Numbered from the stretch's first letter, positions 27,822 through 37,598 are shown. The stretch is DNA of 64,000 bases from Candidatus Gallimonas merdae (GCA_904419525.1 CAJFRT010000007.1:3250-67249), one strand, 5' to 3'. Made by a program: numbers and translations. The notes: a model not told the origin generated them from the letters alone.

Positions 27822-27827
27822 GTCCGT

Positions 27828-29156
27828 ATGTTCAATACAAGAGATACATTGAAAATCAATGCCAAAGGCCACCTGGAGATCGGCGGCGCGGACTGCGTGG
27901 ATCTGGCGGCAGAATTCGGTACGCCGCTTTATGTGTTCGATGAAGCATACATTCGCCAGATGATGCGGATCTACAGGGACACCATCGCGGAAGAATATGA
28001 CGGAAACGGACTTGTGCTGTATGCGTCCAAAGCATTTTCCTGTACGGCTGTCTATGCGATCGCCAGACAGGAAAATATCGGTGTGGACGTCGTGTCGGGC
28101 GGAGAACTCTATACGGCGATGCGGGCCGGGTTCCCCGCAGAGAAGATCACGATGCACGGAAACAACAAACTTCCGCACGAAATTGCGGAAGCGCTCGATT
28201 GCGGCGTCGGAATGATCGTTGTCGACGCCTATTCGGAAGTCGACCTGATCGAAGCGGAGGCGGAAAAGCGCGGCATCGTGCAGAATGTGCTGATCCGGAT
28301 CAATCCCGGCGTGGAGGCGCATACGCACGCCTATGTGCAGACGGCGACGCCCGATTCCAAATTCGGTTTTTCTGTTGCAAGCGGCGCCGCGGAAGCGATC
28401 ACAAAGTATGCGCTCTCAAAGCCGCATCTGAGACTGAGGGGCTATCACTGCCATATCGGTTCTCAGATTTTTGAAAAACAGTCTTTTGTGCTTGCCGTTG
28501 AAAAGAATCTTGCCTTTATGGCGGAGATGAAGAAAAATCTCGGATTTGAGGCGGATTCCCTCAATATGGGGGGCGGGTTCGGCATCTGGTACGCGGAGGG
28601 CGACGCCAAAATCGGCGTCGCAGGCTATGCGGACTACCTGCGGGCGCTTCTCTCAACGGTGAGAGAGGGCTGCAAAAAATATGGTCTGCGGCTGCCGTTT
28701 GTCTACCTTGAACCGGGGCGTTCGATCGTCGGTGAAGCGGGTATCACGCTCTACACCGTTGGGGCGATCCGCGAGATTCCCGGGATCCGCAAGTACGTGG
28801 CGGTGGACGGCGGCATGTTTGACAATCCGCGCTATGCCCTCTATCAGAGCAGATATACGGCGATCCTGGCCAACCGTGCCGCGGAGGAGCCGTCGGAGCT
28901 GGTCAGTATTGCCGGGAAATGCTGTGAAAGCGGCGATCTGATCGGAGTTGATTTCAATCTTCCGAAGGCCGCCACGGGGGATATTCTTGCCGTATTTTCA
29001 ACGGGCGCTTACAACTATTCGATGGCGTCCAATTATAACCGCAATCTGATTCCTCCGGCCGTGCTTGTGAACGGTGGAAAAGCGGAATACATCGTCATGC
29101 CGCAGACCTATGAAGATCTGGTGCGCAATGATGCTGTTCCGGAAAGACTGAAATGA
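27828..29156 (+). CDS. lysA: Diaminopimelate decarboxylase
   Basis: MFNTRDTLKINAKGHLEIGGADCVDLAAEFGTPLYVFDE. As I recall it, B. subtilis LysA has GHLEIGG at about the same offset, which supports this start. Confidence 0.92.
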   Translation: MFNTRDTLKINAKGHLEIGGADCVDLAAEFGTPLYVFDEAYIRQMMRIYRDTIAEEYDGNGLVLYASKAFSCTAVYAIARQENIGVDVVSGGELYTAMRAGFPAEKITMHGNNKLPHEIAEALDCGVGMIVVDAYSEVDLIEAEAEKRGIVQNVLIRINPGVEAHTHAYVQTATPDSKFGFSVASGAAEAITKYALSKPHLRLRGYHCHIGSQIFEKQSFVLAVEKNLAFMAEMKKNLGFEADSLNMGGGFGIWYAEGDAKIGVAGYADYLRALLSTVREGCKKYGLRLPFVYLEPGRSIVGEAGITLYTVGAIREIPGIRKYVAVDGGMFDNPRYALYQSRYTAILANRAAEEPSELVSIAGKCCESGDLIGVDFNLPKAATGDILAVFSTGAYNYSMASNYNRNLIPPAVLVNGGKAEYIVMPQTYEDLVRNDAVPERLK

Positions 29157-29306
29157 TGACGGATTGATCGGGGAGGATGACTGCATTGCGCTTTTTTTCG
29201 TAAAAATCAAAGATAAAACCCGGCTGTCCCGTATTGCGGCGGCCTTTTACGAAAATTTACAGGATCTCCCTGCGGTTTTTGCATGGGGATCCGACGGAGG
29301 CATGCT

Positions 29307-30797
29307 GTGTCCTTGATTCAGCTTGATCATATCACATTTTCATATCCGGGCGGACTTGTGCCCGTGTTCGATGATCTTTCTTTGCAACTTGATACCGACT
29401 GGAAAATGGGGATCATCGGTCGGAACGGTATCGGGAAAAGTACATTTTTTGCACTTCTTTCGGGGGAGGTCAGGGGCGAAGGCCGCCTGACCTGTGATCA
29501 GGATTTTATACGGTTTCCGATTGCGATCTCCGATGAAAATGCATGCGGGTACGAGTTATCCTGCGAGTTTGTCCCCGAACGGGAGTTCTGGAAAGTGCTG
29601 CGCGAAGCCGATCTTTTAGGACTTTCCGCGGAAGTATTCTATCGTCCTGTTTCGACGCTTTCGGGCGGAGAGCGCACGAAGCTTCAACTATCCATTGTTT
29701 TTGCGGCCGACGGATTCGTGCTCCTTGACGAGCCGACCGATCACCTCGATCGGGCCGGACGGGAGGCGTTGGCGCGGTATCTGAGCCGGAAGCATGGATT
29801 TTTCCTTGTCTCTCATGACCGCGCGGTGCTTGACGGGTGCTGCGACCATATTCTTTCCTTTGAAAAGAGCGCGGTCCGGGTGACGCACGGGAATTATACG
29901 GTGTGGCGGTCAGAGCGCGATAAACAGGAACAGGCGGACAGATCAAGGAAAGATCAGCTTGAAAAAGAGCGTGTGCGCCTTCGCGAAGCGGCAAACCGCA
30001 TCGCGGACTGGTCAGACCGGGCGGAGGGCGAAAAGTTCGGAACGCTCAGTTCCGGCTTACGTGCCGACCGCGGCTATCTGGGCGCCAAGGCGGCGCGGGT
30101 CATGAAGCGCGCAACGGCGGCACGGGACAGGACGGCGCGCGCCGAGTCGGAAATTTCCGGCCTTTTGAAAAATATTGAAGAGAACGAACCGCTTTGCCTT
30201 TCGCCTGAGAAGTTTTTCCGCGAAAGTCTGCTGTCCGTCCGCGGTTTCTCTGTATGCATTGGCGAAGAGATCATTTTAAGGGATCTGTCTTTTTCCATGC
30301 GGCAGGGCGAGCGTGTGGCGCTCGCCGGGATAAACGGCGCGGGGAAAAGTACGTTTCTGAAAGCCCTTGCGGGGGAGATTCCTGCCGAAGGGGAAATCGA
30401 TCTTTCTCCGAGACTGAAAATATCCTATGTGCCGCAGACGTTTATATACGACGGAACGCTTGCCGACTATGCGGCGGAGTATTCGATCGATGAGTCCTAT
30501 TATAAGGCGATCCTTGCGAAATTCGGATTTGCACGGCATGATTTTCCCCGCCGTCTTTCCGAAATGAGCGAAGGACAGAAGAAAAAAGCAGCTCTGGCGA
30601 GAAGCCTTTGCGAAAGGGCGCATCTGTATCTTTGGGATGAGCCGCTCAATTATCTGGACATTCTTTCGCGGGAACAGGTGGAGAATGAGATCCTCGATTC
30701 GGGAGCGAGCCTGTTATTTGTGGAGCACGATGCCGTTTTTTCGGAAAAAATCGCGACCCGGACAGTTCTGATCGGAAACGGATCAGAGAAATCCTGA
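29307..30797 (+). CDS. ABC-F ATPase, Lsa-like (ARE/ribosomal-protection type)
   Basis: Two ABC cassettes and no TM domain. Resembles Lsa(A) as I recall it (IIGRNGIGKST, FLVSHDRA, GAKAARVMKRA linker, LWDEPLNYLD). GTG start with GGAGG 6 nt upstream. Confidence 0.8.
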   Translation: MSLIQLDHITFSYPGGLVPVFDDLSLQLDTDWKMGIIGRNGIGKSTFFALLSGEVRGEGRLTCDQDFIRFPIAISDENACGYELSCEFVPEREFWKVLREADLLGLSAEVFYRPVSTLSGGERTKLQLSIVFAADGFVLLDEPTDHLDRAGREALARYLSRKHGFFLVSHDRAVLDGCCDHILSFEKSAVRVTHGNYTVWRSERDKQEQADRSRKDQLEKERVRLREAANRIADWSDRAEGEKFGTLSSGLRADRGYLGAKAARVMKRATAARDRTARAESEISGLLKNIEENEPLCLSPEKFFRESLLSVRGFSVCIGEEIILRDLSFSMRQGERVALAGINGAGKSTFLKALAGEIPAEGEIDLSPRLKISYVPQTFIYDGTLADYAAEYSIDESYYKAILAKFGFARHDFPRRLSEMSEGQKKKAALARSLCERAHLYLWDEPLNYLDILSREQVENEILDSGASLLFVEHDAVFSEKIATRTVLIGNGSEKS

Positions 30798-30826
30798 CCG
30801 ATTTTTGCTTTTTTCTTGACATTTCC

Positions 30827-30855
30827 TTGCTATTTTTTCGGAGATCCGATATAAT
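30827..30855 (+). promoter_or_regulatory. Sigma-70-type promoter abutting the M50 protease start
   Basis: TTGCTA, 17 nt spacer, TATAAT. The ATG lies 9 nt after the -10 and has no SD. Confidence 0.6.
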
Positions 30856-30864
30856 ATAGAGAAC

Positions 30865-31551
30865 ATGGCAGATTACCTGATTGAACTTCTTGCGAGTCTG
30901 TGTGCGGTTATCATTGTGCTTACTCTGCACGAATTTGCGCACGCCTTCGTTGCATATAAATGCGGCGACCCGACCCCAAAATGGAACGGGCGCCTGTCTC
31001 TCAACCCGTTCCGGCATTTTGACCTTGTGGGACTTTTATGCTTTACCTTTGTCGGATTCGGCTGGGCAAAGCCTGTTGCGATCAATCCGGACAATTTCCG
31101 GAAATACCGCCTCGGAATGGGGCTGACGGCAAGCGCGGGCATCGTCATGAACTATCTGACGGCTCTGCTCGTCTATCCGCTCTATCTGATCGTCTGGTTT
31201 TATATGCCGTCGGTGCCGTTTGTCGCGGACCTGCTTGAATACTTTTTCTATTTTGTATTCGCTTACAGTCTGAGCTTCTTTGTTTTCAATCTGCTTCCGC
31301 TGTATCCTTTGGACGGATTCCGTATCCTGGACGCTTTCAACAAGCGGAGGGGCAAAATTTACAGATTTTTGCGCAATTACGGGCAGTATATTCTGTTCGG
31401 GCTCATTGTCGAGAGCTTTCTCTGTCAGCTTCTGGTGCGTTTCGGCGTTCCGCAGATGGCCATGTTCAACATTCTCGGCTGGTTCATGCGGTTTGCAACG
31501 GACATTCTCGGCTGGCCGATCACGGCGCTTTGGGGGCTGATTCCATGGTAG
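30865..31551 (+). CDS. Site-2 protease family (M50) membrane metalloprotease
   Basis: HEFAHAFVAYKCGD (HExxH) in the first TM region, polytopic, with a PLYPLDG motif. Confidence 0.85.
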   Translation: MADYLIELLASLCAVIIVLTLHEFAHAFVAYKCGDPTPKWNGRLSLNPFRHFDLVGLLCFTFVGFGWAKPVAINPDNFRKYRLGMGLTASAGIVMNYLTALLVYPLYLIVWFYMPSVPFVADLLEYFFYFVFAYSLSFFVFNLLPLYPLDGFRILDAFNKRRGKIYRFLRNYGQYILFGLIVESFLCQLLVRFGVPQMAMFNILGWFMRFATDILGWPITALWGLIPW

Positions 31552-32363
31552 ATCAGGACAAAATTCAATCTATTCGTGAAAAATTTGATTCCAACGTCGA
31601 TTATACGACCGTTCTGGATAACTTTGAAGGCCCGCTCGATCTCCTGCTCTTCCTGATCAACAAAGAGGAAATCGAGATCAAAGACGTTTTTGTCTCGCAG
31701 GTTACGGAGCAGTTCCTCGATTATATGAAGGGGCTTCCTTATCTTGACGTGGACAAGGTCAGCGAATATCTCAACATCGCGGCGACGATCATCAAGATCA
31801 AGGCACAGGCACTTGTTCCGAACATCGAAGAAGATCCGGAAATCGATGCGGAAATCGAGGAGGACAAGGCCCAGCTCATTCGAGCGCTTGAGGAATATAA
31901 GCTCATCAAGGAAGAGACAAAGAAGCTCAAAGAGCTTGAGACGATCGGATATTACTTCAAGGAACCCGATAAAGACGTCGGCGAAACGCGGACTGTCTTC
32001 ACGCTGGATCATCTTACCCTGGACGGGCTCATCACTGCGTTTTCCCAGCTCATGCTCAAGCGGGAAGAGGATCTGAAAGAAGAGGAAGTGCGCGAGATCC
32101 CGCGCGATTCCTTTACCGTCGAACAGAAGATACAGTTTGTCCTTGAAAGCCTGGAAGAGCTGAAAGAAGTCAAATTTGAAGAGCTATTTACCAAGGATTA
32201 TACGAAGTCAGAGATCGTTACGACCTTTCAGGCCATTCTTGAGCTTCTGAAATATCAGTTCCTGCGCGTGAAGCAGGAGAACACTTTCGGCGAAATTACG
32301 ATTTCGCTCAATCCGGACAGGGACGAGGAGGCAGGACTTGGAACAATTGACGAATACGATTGA
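31545..32363 (+). CDS. scpA: Segregation and condensation protein A
   Basis: DNFEGPLDLLLFLINKEEIEIKDVFVSQVTEQFLDYM kleisin N-terminus. Confidence 0.9.
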   Translation: MVDQDKIQSIREKFDSNVDYTTVLDNFEGPLDLLLFLINKEEIEIKDVFVSQVTEQFLDYMKGLPYLDVDKVSEYLNIAATIIKIKAQALVPNIEEDPEIDAEIEEDKAQLIRALEEYKLIKEETKKLKELETIGYYFKEPDKDVGETRTVFTLDHLTLDGLITAFSQLMLKREEDLKEEEVREIPRDSFTVEQKIQFVLESLEELKEVKFEELFTKDYTKSEIVTTFQAILELLKYQFLRVKQENTFGEITISLNPDRDEEAGLGTIDEYD

Positions 32364-33036
32364 GGCGATTCTGTTTGCCTCCGGAAAGAGCGTTCCCATT
32401 GCGGACATTGCTGAAAAACTCAACGTCACCGAGGGCGAGGTCAGAAAATCTCTGAAAGCTCTGCATGAACGCTACGGAGAGGACGGCGGGATCGTTCTTC
32501 TCGAGTTCAACAAGAAGGCGCAGCTCGGCTCCAATCCGAAGTACAAGGAAGGCGTGGCCGCGGTGCTCAATCCCATCCGCGAAAAGGAACTGACGCGCAC
32601 GATCCTGGAAACCGCCGCGATCATTGCCTATAAACAGCCCATAACGCGCACGGAGATCGAGCTTCTGCGCGGACTGAACAGCGATTATGCGGTCAATGCA
32701 TTGCTGGAGCTGAAATTGATCTATCCCTGCGGGAGAAAGGACGCCGTCGGACGGCCCGTTCTGTTTGCAACGACGGACGAGTTTCTCAAGCGCTTCAAGC
32801 TCAATTCGCTGGAGGATCTGCCCGATTACGATGCCCTGATGGCTGCGATCACCCGTCCGGACGATGACCACGATACATATCTCTATGCGCGCGACGAGCT
32901 GCAGGAGGAGACGCCCGATCAGGAACCGCCCAAAGAGAAGAAACGGGAAGAAGAGTCCGACGGGGAATCCGGCGGCTATGAGATCCCGGACTTCCTGAAA
33001 GGATTAGACGATACGGACATCGTGAAGATCGATTGA
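32338..33036 (+). CDS. scpB: Segregation and condensation protein B
   Basis: IEAILFASGKSVPIADIAEKL and AYKQPITRTEIELLRG motifs. TTG start with GAGGAGG upstream. Acidic C-terminal tail. Confidence 0.88.
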   Translation: MEQLTNTIEAILFASGKSVPIADIAEKLNVTEGEVRKSLKALHERYGEDGGIVLLEFNKKAQLGSNPKYKEGVAAVLNPIREKELTRTILETAAIIAYKQPITRTEIELLRGLNSDYAVNALLELKLIYPCGRKDAVGRPVLFATTDEFLKRFKLNSLEDLPDYDALMAAITRPDDDHDTYLYARDELQEETPDQEPPKEKKREEESDGESGGYEIPDFLKGLDDTDIVKID

Positions 33037-33074
33037 AATTTCATAGTTTTCGGAAATTCGCCCATATTACGGTT

Positions 33075-33674
33075 ATGGGCGAATTTTTTGTATATTCGTT
33101 CTTTTTGGGGGCGCTGCTGTTTCTGTTTCCGATCTGTGTCAACGCCGATGTCTATCTCGACACGCACGAAAATCGCGGATGGTTTTCCGTCTCGCTCTAT
33201 CACCGGCTGCGTCTGTTCGGCGGATATGCGGAATTGCGCGGGGAAGGGTTTGTCTTTCATCTGACAAAGAAAAAGGCAGTTGTTCTTCCCTATGCCGAAT
33301 TGGCGGCCGCCCGGAAAAAGTTCGAGGTGACGAAGGGATTTCAGCTGTGCAGGTTTCATCAGATCCTGGAAATAGGAGGCGCGCAGGATGCGCGGAGTAT
33401 TTTTCTTGCGGCGGCGCTTTCGGCGGCAGGGGGAACGGCGTATGCACTTCTTCACGAGCAGAATGCCGGATTATCCTTTCGCAGCAGGGCGATCTTCCAC
33501 AATGAGCCTTGTCTGAAAGGGTGTGTCCGCATTGCTGCGGTCATGAACGGACTTGTGATCAGCATCGCATTCATGAAAAAAACTTTGGAGGAGATATTGA
33601 AATGGATGAAAAAAAGAAAATCGACAGTATCCTTGAAAAGACTGCGGAAAAACTTACGGGCCTCGTCGATGTGA
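33075..33674 (+). CDS. DUF2953-like sporulation-associated membrane protein
   Basis: TM start MGEFFVYSFFLGALLFLF. Its position between scpB and ytfJ matches the usual Clostridia arrangement as I remember it. Confidence 0.55.
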   Translation: MGEFFVYSFFLGALLFLFPICVNADVYLDTHENRGWFSVSLYHRLRLFGGYAELRGEGFVFHLTKKKAVVLPYAELAAARKKFEVTKGFQLCRFHQILEIGGAQDARSIFLAAALSAAGGTAYALLHEQNAGLSFRSRAIFHNEPCLKGCVRIAAVMNGLVISIAFMKKTLEEILKWMKKRKSTVSLKRLRKNLRASSM

Positions 33675-33979
33675 ACACCGTGATCGGAAAACCTGTTCTG
33701 ACGGCGAGCGGAGCACAAGTTATTCCGTTTACCAAGGTGACGATGGGATATCTGTCCGGAGGCGGGGAGTACGGCGATGTCAAAAAAATAGACGACGGAG
33801 AATGCCTGCCTTTTGCCGGGGGCGCGGGAACGGTGATCAATGTGAAACCAGCGGGATTTCTCATCGACGACGGGAAGGAATGCCGGATCGTCCGCATCAC
33901 TGATGATGTGATCGACGGATTGATCGAAAAGGCGGGAGATCTTCTCGGGAGACTCGTCAGGAAGGGGGAAGATGCATAA
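33602..33979 (+). CDS. ytfJ: GerW/YtfJ family sporulation protein
   Basis: RBS GGAGGAG. LVDVNTVIGKPVLTASGAQVIPFTKVTMGYLSGGGEYG is typical of YtfJ. Confidence 0.85.
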   Translation: MDEKKKIDSILEKTAEKLTGLVDVNTVIGKPVLTASGAQVIPFTKVTMGYLSGGGEYGDVKKIDDGECLPFAGGAGTVINVKPAGFLIDDGKECRIVRITDDVIDGLIEKAGDLLGRLVRKGEDA

Positions 33980-34982
33980 AAAGCGGCTGCCGGTCATACT
34001 TTTAGCGGCGATCATGCCCATTTTTATGCTGATGCATGCAACCGTTGCCGCATCTGCCCAGGCGCCGGTTTCCCGTGCGGAATGCGTGGTTGAGGTCTCT
34101 TCACGCCGACTGCTCTCAGAACGGAATGCCCAAACGCCGCTTCCCAATGCGAGCACCACGAAGATTCTGACGGCGATCCTCATCATCGACGACTGCTGTC
34201 TGAAAGATGAGGTCGAGATCCCTGCCCGTGCCGCTGGAACGGAGGGGTCGAGTATCTATCTGAAGGCGGGTGAGCGTTACACGGTGGAAGAACTTCTGTA
34301 CGGCCTGATGTTGCGCTCCGGGAACGACGCTGCGGTGGCGCTTGCGCTTCATCACAGCGGTGATATTGCGTCTTTTGCGCAGGCAATGAATGTGAAAGCG
34401 GCGATGCTCGGTGCGGAGAACAGCTATTTTGTCAATCCGCACGGGTTGCCTGATGAGCGTCACAGGACAACAGCCCGCGATCTTGCGTTGATCGCTGCGT
34501 ATGCGATGGAAAATGAAACCTTCCGTACGATCGTCTCAACGGAATATTATGCGCCGCGCGGCTGGTACAACAAGAACAAGATGCTCGCCTCTTATGAAGG
34601 GGCAAACGGCGTCAAAACGGGATTCACGACGGCGGCCGGAAGATGTCTTGTGACGAGTGCAGAAAGGAACGGAATGCCCCTCGTTTCCGTTGTTCTCAAT
34701 TCTCCGCAGATGTATGAACGGACAGCGGAACTGCTTGACGAGGCCTTTTCGCAGTACACTCTGACCAGGCTGACGGATTACGCGATGTTTCCCGCCGGGG
34801 TGGGCGTCCGCGAGGATTTTGTCTATCCTCTGAAAGAGGAGGAGCGGTCGCAGGTACGGACGGAACTCCTGATCCAGGATCCTTTGCCGGATAAGAAAGG
34901 GGCGATTGCGGGTTATGTCGAAATTTTTCTTGCAAATAACTTGATTTTTTCACAGAATTTGTATATCATGGAAGAACGATAA
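33972..34982 (+). CDS. D-alanyl-D-alanine carboxypeptidase (S11)
   Basis: Signal peptide, then STTK (SxxK), SGND (SxN) and KTGFT motifs. Confidence 0.88.
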   Translation: MHKKRLPVILLAAIMPIFMLMHATVAASAQAPVSRAECVVEVSSRRLLSERNAQTPLPNASTTKILTAILIIDDCCLKDEVEIPARAAGTEGSSIYLKAGERYTVEELLYGLMLRSGNDAAVALALHHSGDIASFAQAMNVKAAMLGAENSYFVNPHGLPDERHRTTARDLALIAAYAMENETFRTIVSTEYYAPRGWYNKNKMLASYEGANGVKTGFTTAAGRCLVTSAERNGMPLVSVVLNSPQMYERTAELLDEAFSQYTLTRLTDYAMFPAGVGVREDFVYPLKEEERSQVRTELLIQDPLPDKKGAIAGYVEIFLANNLIFSQNLYIMEER

Positions 34983-34999
34983 TTATTCGGGGAATTTCC

Positions 35000-35704
35000 A
35001 TGCGTATCAATAAGTTTTTGGCGGAGCAGGGAGTCGCTTCCCGCCGTGCAAGCGACGAGATCATTGCGGCAGGCCGTGTGACGATCAACGGGAACGTTGC
35101 GAAGGCGGGGGACGATGTCACGGGAGAAGACGTCGTCATGCTCGACGGAAAGACGCTTTCGCACAAGGTAAAATATGAATATTATCTCCTCAACAAACCG
35201 AAGGGATATCTGTGCACCGTCTCCGACGACAAGGGAAGAAAAACCGTCATGGATCTTCTGCCCGCAGGCGCGGGGCGCGTGTTTCCGGTCGGCCGTCTGG
35301 ACTATGATACGGAAGGAATGCTCCTTCTCACCAACGACGGCGACCTTGCTTACCGTCTGACCGCACCGCAGAGCGAGATCGCCAAGACCTATCTGGTGCG
35401 CGTTGAGGGAACCATGACGGACATTCAGCTCAATCGTCTGCGCGCCGGCGTGGAGATCGACCGCGGCGTCGTGACAAAGAAGTGCAAAATCACTGTAACG
35501 GAAACCAACAAAAAATTCACAAAACTGCGCGTCGTGCTCACCGAAGGGAAAAACCGTGAGATCAGAAAAATGTTTGAAGCGGTCGGAAAGCAGGTCGTAT
35601 TTCTGAAGCGCCTCAAGATCGGCGAGCTCGCACTTACGGGACTTGACCGCGGCGCCGTGCGGAAGCTCTCTCAGGAAGAAATCTATTATCTGAAAAATCT
35701 GTAA
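35000..35704 (+). CDS. rluB: rRNA pseudouridine synthase, RsuA/RluB family
   Basis: S4 domain MRINKFLAEQGVASRR and catalytic motif GRLDYDTEGMLLLTNDG. Confidence 0.88.
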   Translation: MRINKFLAEQGVASRRASDEIIAAGRVTINGNVAKAGDDVTGEDVVMLDGKTLSHKVKYEYYLLNKPKGYLCTVSDDKGRKTVMDLLPAGAGRVFPVGRLDYDTEGMLLLTNDGDLAYRLTAPQSEIAKTYLVRVEGTMTDIQLNRLRAGVEIDRGVVTKKCKITVTETNKKFTKLRVVLTEGKNREIRKMFEAVGKQVVFLKRLKIGELALTGLDRGAVRKLSQEEIYYLKNL

Positions 35705-35705
35705 A

Positions 35706-35733
35706 ACAAAAACCCCGCCCGGGCGGGGTTTTT
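35706..35733. terminator. Bidirectional terminator between rluB (+) and lexA (-)
   Basis: AAAAA-CCCCGCCCGGGCGGGG-TTTTT. Confidence 0.85.
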
Positions 35734-35747
35734 CTTTGATTTGAGGA

Positions 35748-36347
35748 TTACCGGAATGAGCGGAGAAGGCCGACTACCTTTCCGAGGATCGTCACTTCGT
35801 CGAGGACGTAATCGGAAAGTACGCTGTTTTCCGGGTGAAGGATGAATTTTCCGTTGCGGCGAAAGAAGCGTTTGACGGTAGCGCCTTCTTCAATGCCATC
35901 GTCGAACATGGCCACGACAATGTCGCCGTTTTCGGCTGTCTCCTGCTTCCGGACAACAATTTTGTCTCCGTTGAAGATCCCGGCCTCGATCATGCTGTCG
36001 CCTTTGACCGTCAGAAGAAAGAGATTGTCTCCCGAAAATTCTGCGGTGGGCAGCGTGTAATAGCCGTCATAATTTTCCGTGGCAAGAATGGGAGTACCTG
36101 CAGTGACTGTACCGATGAGGGGGACGCGCACCGTTCCGGTGTTGGCAAGTGCAACGGCGCGTTTCTTTCCGTCCGTCTTCTGAAGCAGGCCCATCGCCCT
36201 GAGACGGTTGACATAGTCGTATGCGGTGGCGGTGGATTTGATCTGCAGCTCGGCGCAGATATCCCGGACGGTGGGCGGAAAGCCGTTTTCATCGGTATAG
36301 CGATCGATAAATTCAAGTACGACGTCGAGTTTGCGTTTGTCGAGCAT
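35748..36347 (-). CDS. lexA: LexA repressor
   Basis: Winged-helix N-terminus (FPPTVRDICAELQIKSTATAYDYVNRL). S24 autopeptidase domain with GDSM and VKR(F) motifs. Confidence 0.92.
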   Translation of the reverse strand: MLDKRKLDVVLEFIDRYTDENGFPPTVRDICAELQIKSTATAYDYVNRLRAMGLLQKTDGKKRAVALANTGTVRVPLIGTVTAGTPILATENYDGYYTLPTAEFSGDNLFLLTVKGDSMIEAGIFNGDKIVVRKQETAENGDIVVAMFDDGIEEGATVKRFFRRNGKFILHPENSVLSDYVLDEVTILGKVVGLLRSFR

Positions 36348-36369
36348 GGCAGAATCTCCTTATGTGTTC

Positions 36370-36409
36370 ATTATAACACATTCCTTTTTAAATTGCAAAC
36401 ATTTGTTTT
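36370..36409 (-). promoter_or_regulatory. lexA promoter with overlapping SOS-box-like palindrome
   Basis: Minus strand TTGCAA, 17 nt spacer, TGtTATAAT. The palindrome AAACAAATGTTT (36396-36409) overlaps the -35 and resembles the Firmicute LexA box GAAC-N4-GTTC. Confidence 0.6.
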
Positions 36410-36439
36410 TACTTTTTTGGAATTATTTTTTGTCTTTTC

Positions 36440-36468
36440 TTGATTTTTCCGAAAGAATCAGGTATACT
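36440..36468 (+). promoter_or_regulatory. Sigma-70-type promoter of the M48 peptidase gene
   Basis: TTGATT, 17 nt spacer, TATACT. SD GAGGAG precedes ATG 36498. Confidence 0.55.
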
Positions 36469-36497
36469 GAATACAGCCAAAGAGGAGAGATGCTGAA

Positions 36498-37373
36498 ATG
36501 TACCTGGGGAGTTTTCTGAGATCGCTGTTTACGCCGAGAAAGTTTCTGAGTGCGATCTACTTTCTTATGAATATTGCGCTCATCTTTCTTTTGTTCGGGT
36601 GGCTCTCCCTGTTCGATTTCGGGACAGAGCTGGATTTTTTGTGGAACGGACTGGTCGGCCTCGGAATTCACCTGGTCATTCTGCTCGTTTCACTCAGCCC
36701 CGTCGGGGAAGCGATCACGCGCTTTCAGATGGGGGCAAAAAAGGAGACGGACGAACGCGCGCTCAAGCTCTTTCAGGAAGTCTATGAGCGCGCCGGGGAG
36801 CATTCTTCCAGACTGAGCAGGCATGTAAAATTGTATCGCATTCAGCGGAATGAGATCAATGCCTTTGCGCTCGGACATCGTACCGTCATCGTGCTGGACG
36901 GATTGATGTCGTGCAGCGATGCACAGATCAGAGCCGTGCTTGCACATGAGTTCGGGCATATCGCGAACGGGGATTCCGATATTACGCTTGGGATCCGCGT
37001 CGCAAACAGCATTCTGACGGTCTTTCTGTTTATCTATACGCTCATTGTCAATCTGATTGCGGTCGTAGTAGGCATTCTGTCAGAAAGTGTGGGGGATATT
37101 GTGCGGATCGTCCTGCTGTGGGGCGTGAATTTTGTCTATAGTCTGTGGGTCGGGCTCGGATATCTGATGGACAATGCGAGCTCCAGAAAGCAGGAGTATG
37201 CCGCCGATGCGTTTGCGGTGTCCTGCGGCTACGGAGCTGAACTCCATGCGTTTCTTTCTGCGCTGGATCCGTCGCCGCAAAAGATGTCCCTGCTTTCTCT
37301 GATGTCATCGACGCATCCGGATACCGTACGCAGATTGCAGAGGATCGAAAAAAATATGGAGGCTGCCGCCTGA
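36498..37373 (+). CDS. M48 family (HtpX-like) membrane zinc metalloprotease
   Basis: HEFGHIANGD (HExxH), four or more TM segments, and C-terminal EYAADAF / THPD motifs. Confidence 0.82.
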   Translation: MYLGSFLRSLFTPRKFLSAIYFLMNIALIFLLFGWLSLFDFGTELDFLWNGLVGLGIHLVILLVSLSPVGEAITRFQMGAKKETDERALKLFQEVYERAGEHSSRLSRHVKLYRIQRNEINAFALGHRTVIVLDGLMSCSDAQIRAVLAHEFGHIANGDSDITLGIRVANSILTVFLFIYTLIVNLIAVVVGILSESVGDIVRIVLLWGVNFVYSLWVGLGYLMDNASSRKQEYAADAFAVSCGYGAELHAFLSALDPSPQKMSLLSLMSSTHPDTVRRLQRIEKNMEAAA

Positions 37374-37394
37374 TCGGGCAGCGCAGGAGTTGTT

Positions 37395-37598
37395 ATGGAA
37401 AAAAAGATGTGCGTTCTGGATGAAGAGAAGGAATGCGACGGATGCCTTGAATGCGAAGTGTGTGACCTTGATCCGAATAAGATCTGCGACAACTGCGGGA
37501 AATGTCTGGATATCAAGGAATATGCGGCGATCCGTATCGACAAATTGTATACGGATCCCGATGAATATGAGCGGGAAGAGAAAAAGAGGACGCATTGA
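37395..37598 (+). CDS. Cysteine-rich acidic miniprotein (67 aa, 8 Cys)
   Basis: RBS GCAGGAG. Cys pattern C-x7-CxxCxxCxxC-x7-CxxCxxC followed by an acidic tail. Family not recognised. Confidence 0.55.
   Translation: MEKKMCVLDEEKECDGCLECEVCDLDPNKICDNCGKCLDIKEYAAIRIDKLYTDPDEYEREEKKRTH

Noticed and set aside
27722-27827. Riboswitch or T-box leaders: L-box before lysA, T-box before ilvC (52643-52678), purine riboswitch before purB (349-439).
   Set aside because: The leaders are far too short (0-90 nt) and lack the conserved cores of these elements. Promoters sit almost at the start codons.
37395-37598. Cys-rich 67 aa ORF as a SCIFF/ranthipeptide or other RiPP precursor.
   Set aside because: No radical SAM or other maturase, protease or transporter gene lies nearby. 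The Cys spacing and acidic tail do not resemble the SCIFF consensus as I remember it.
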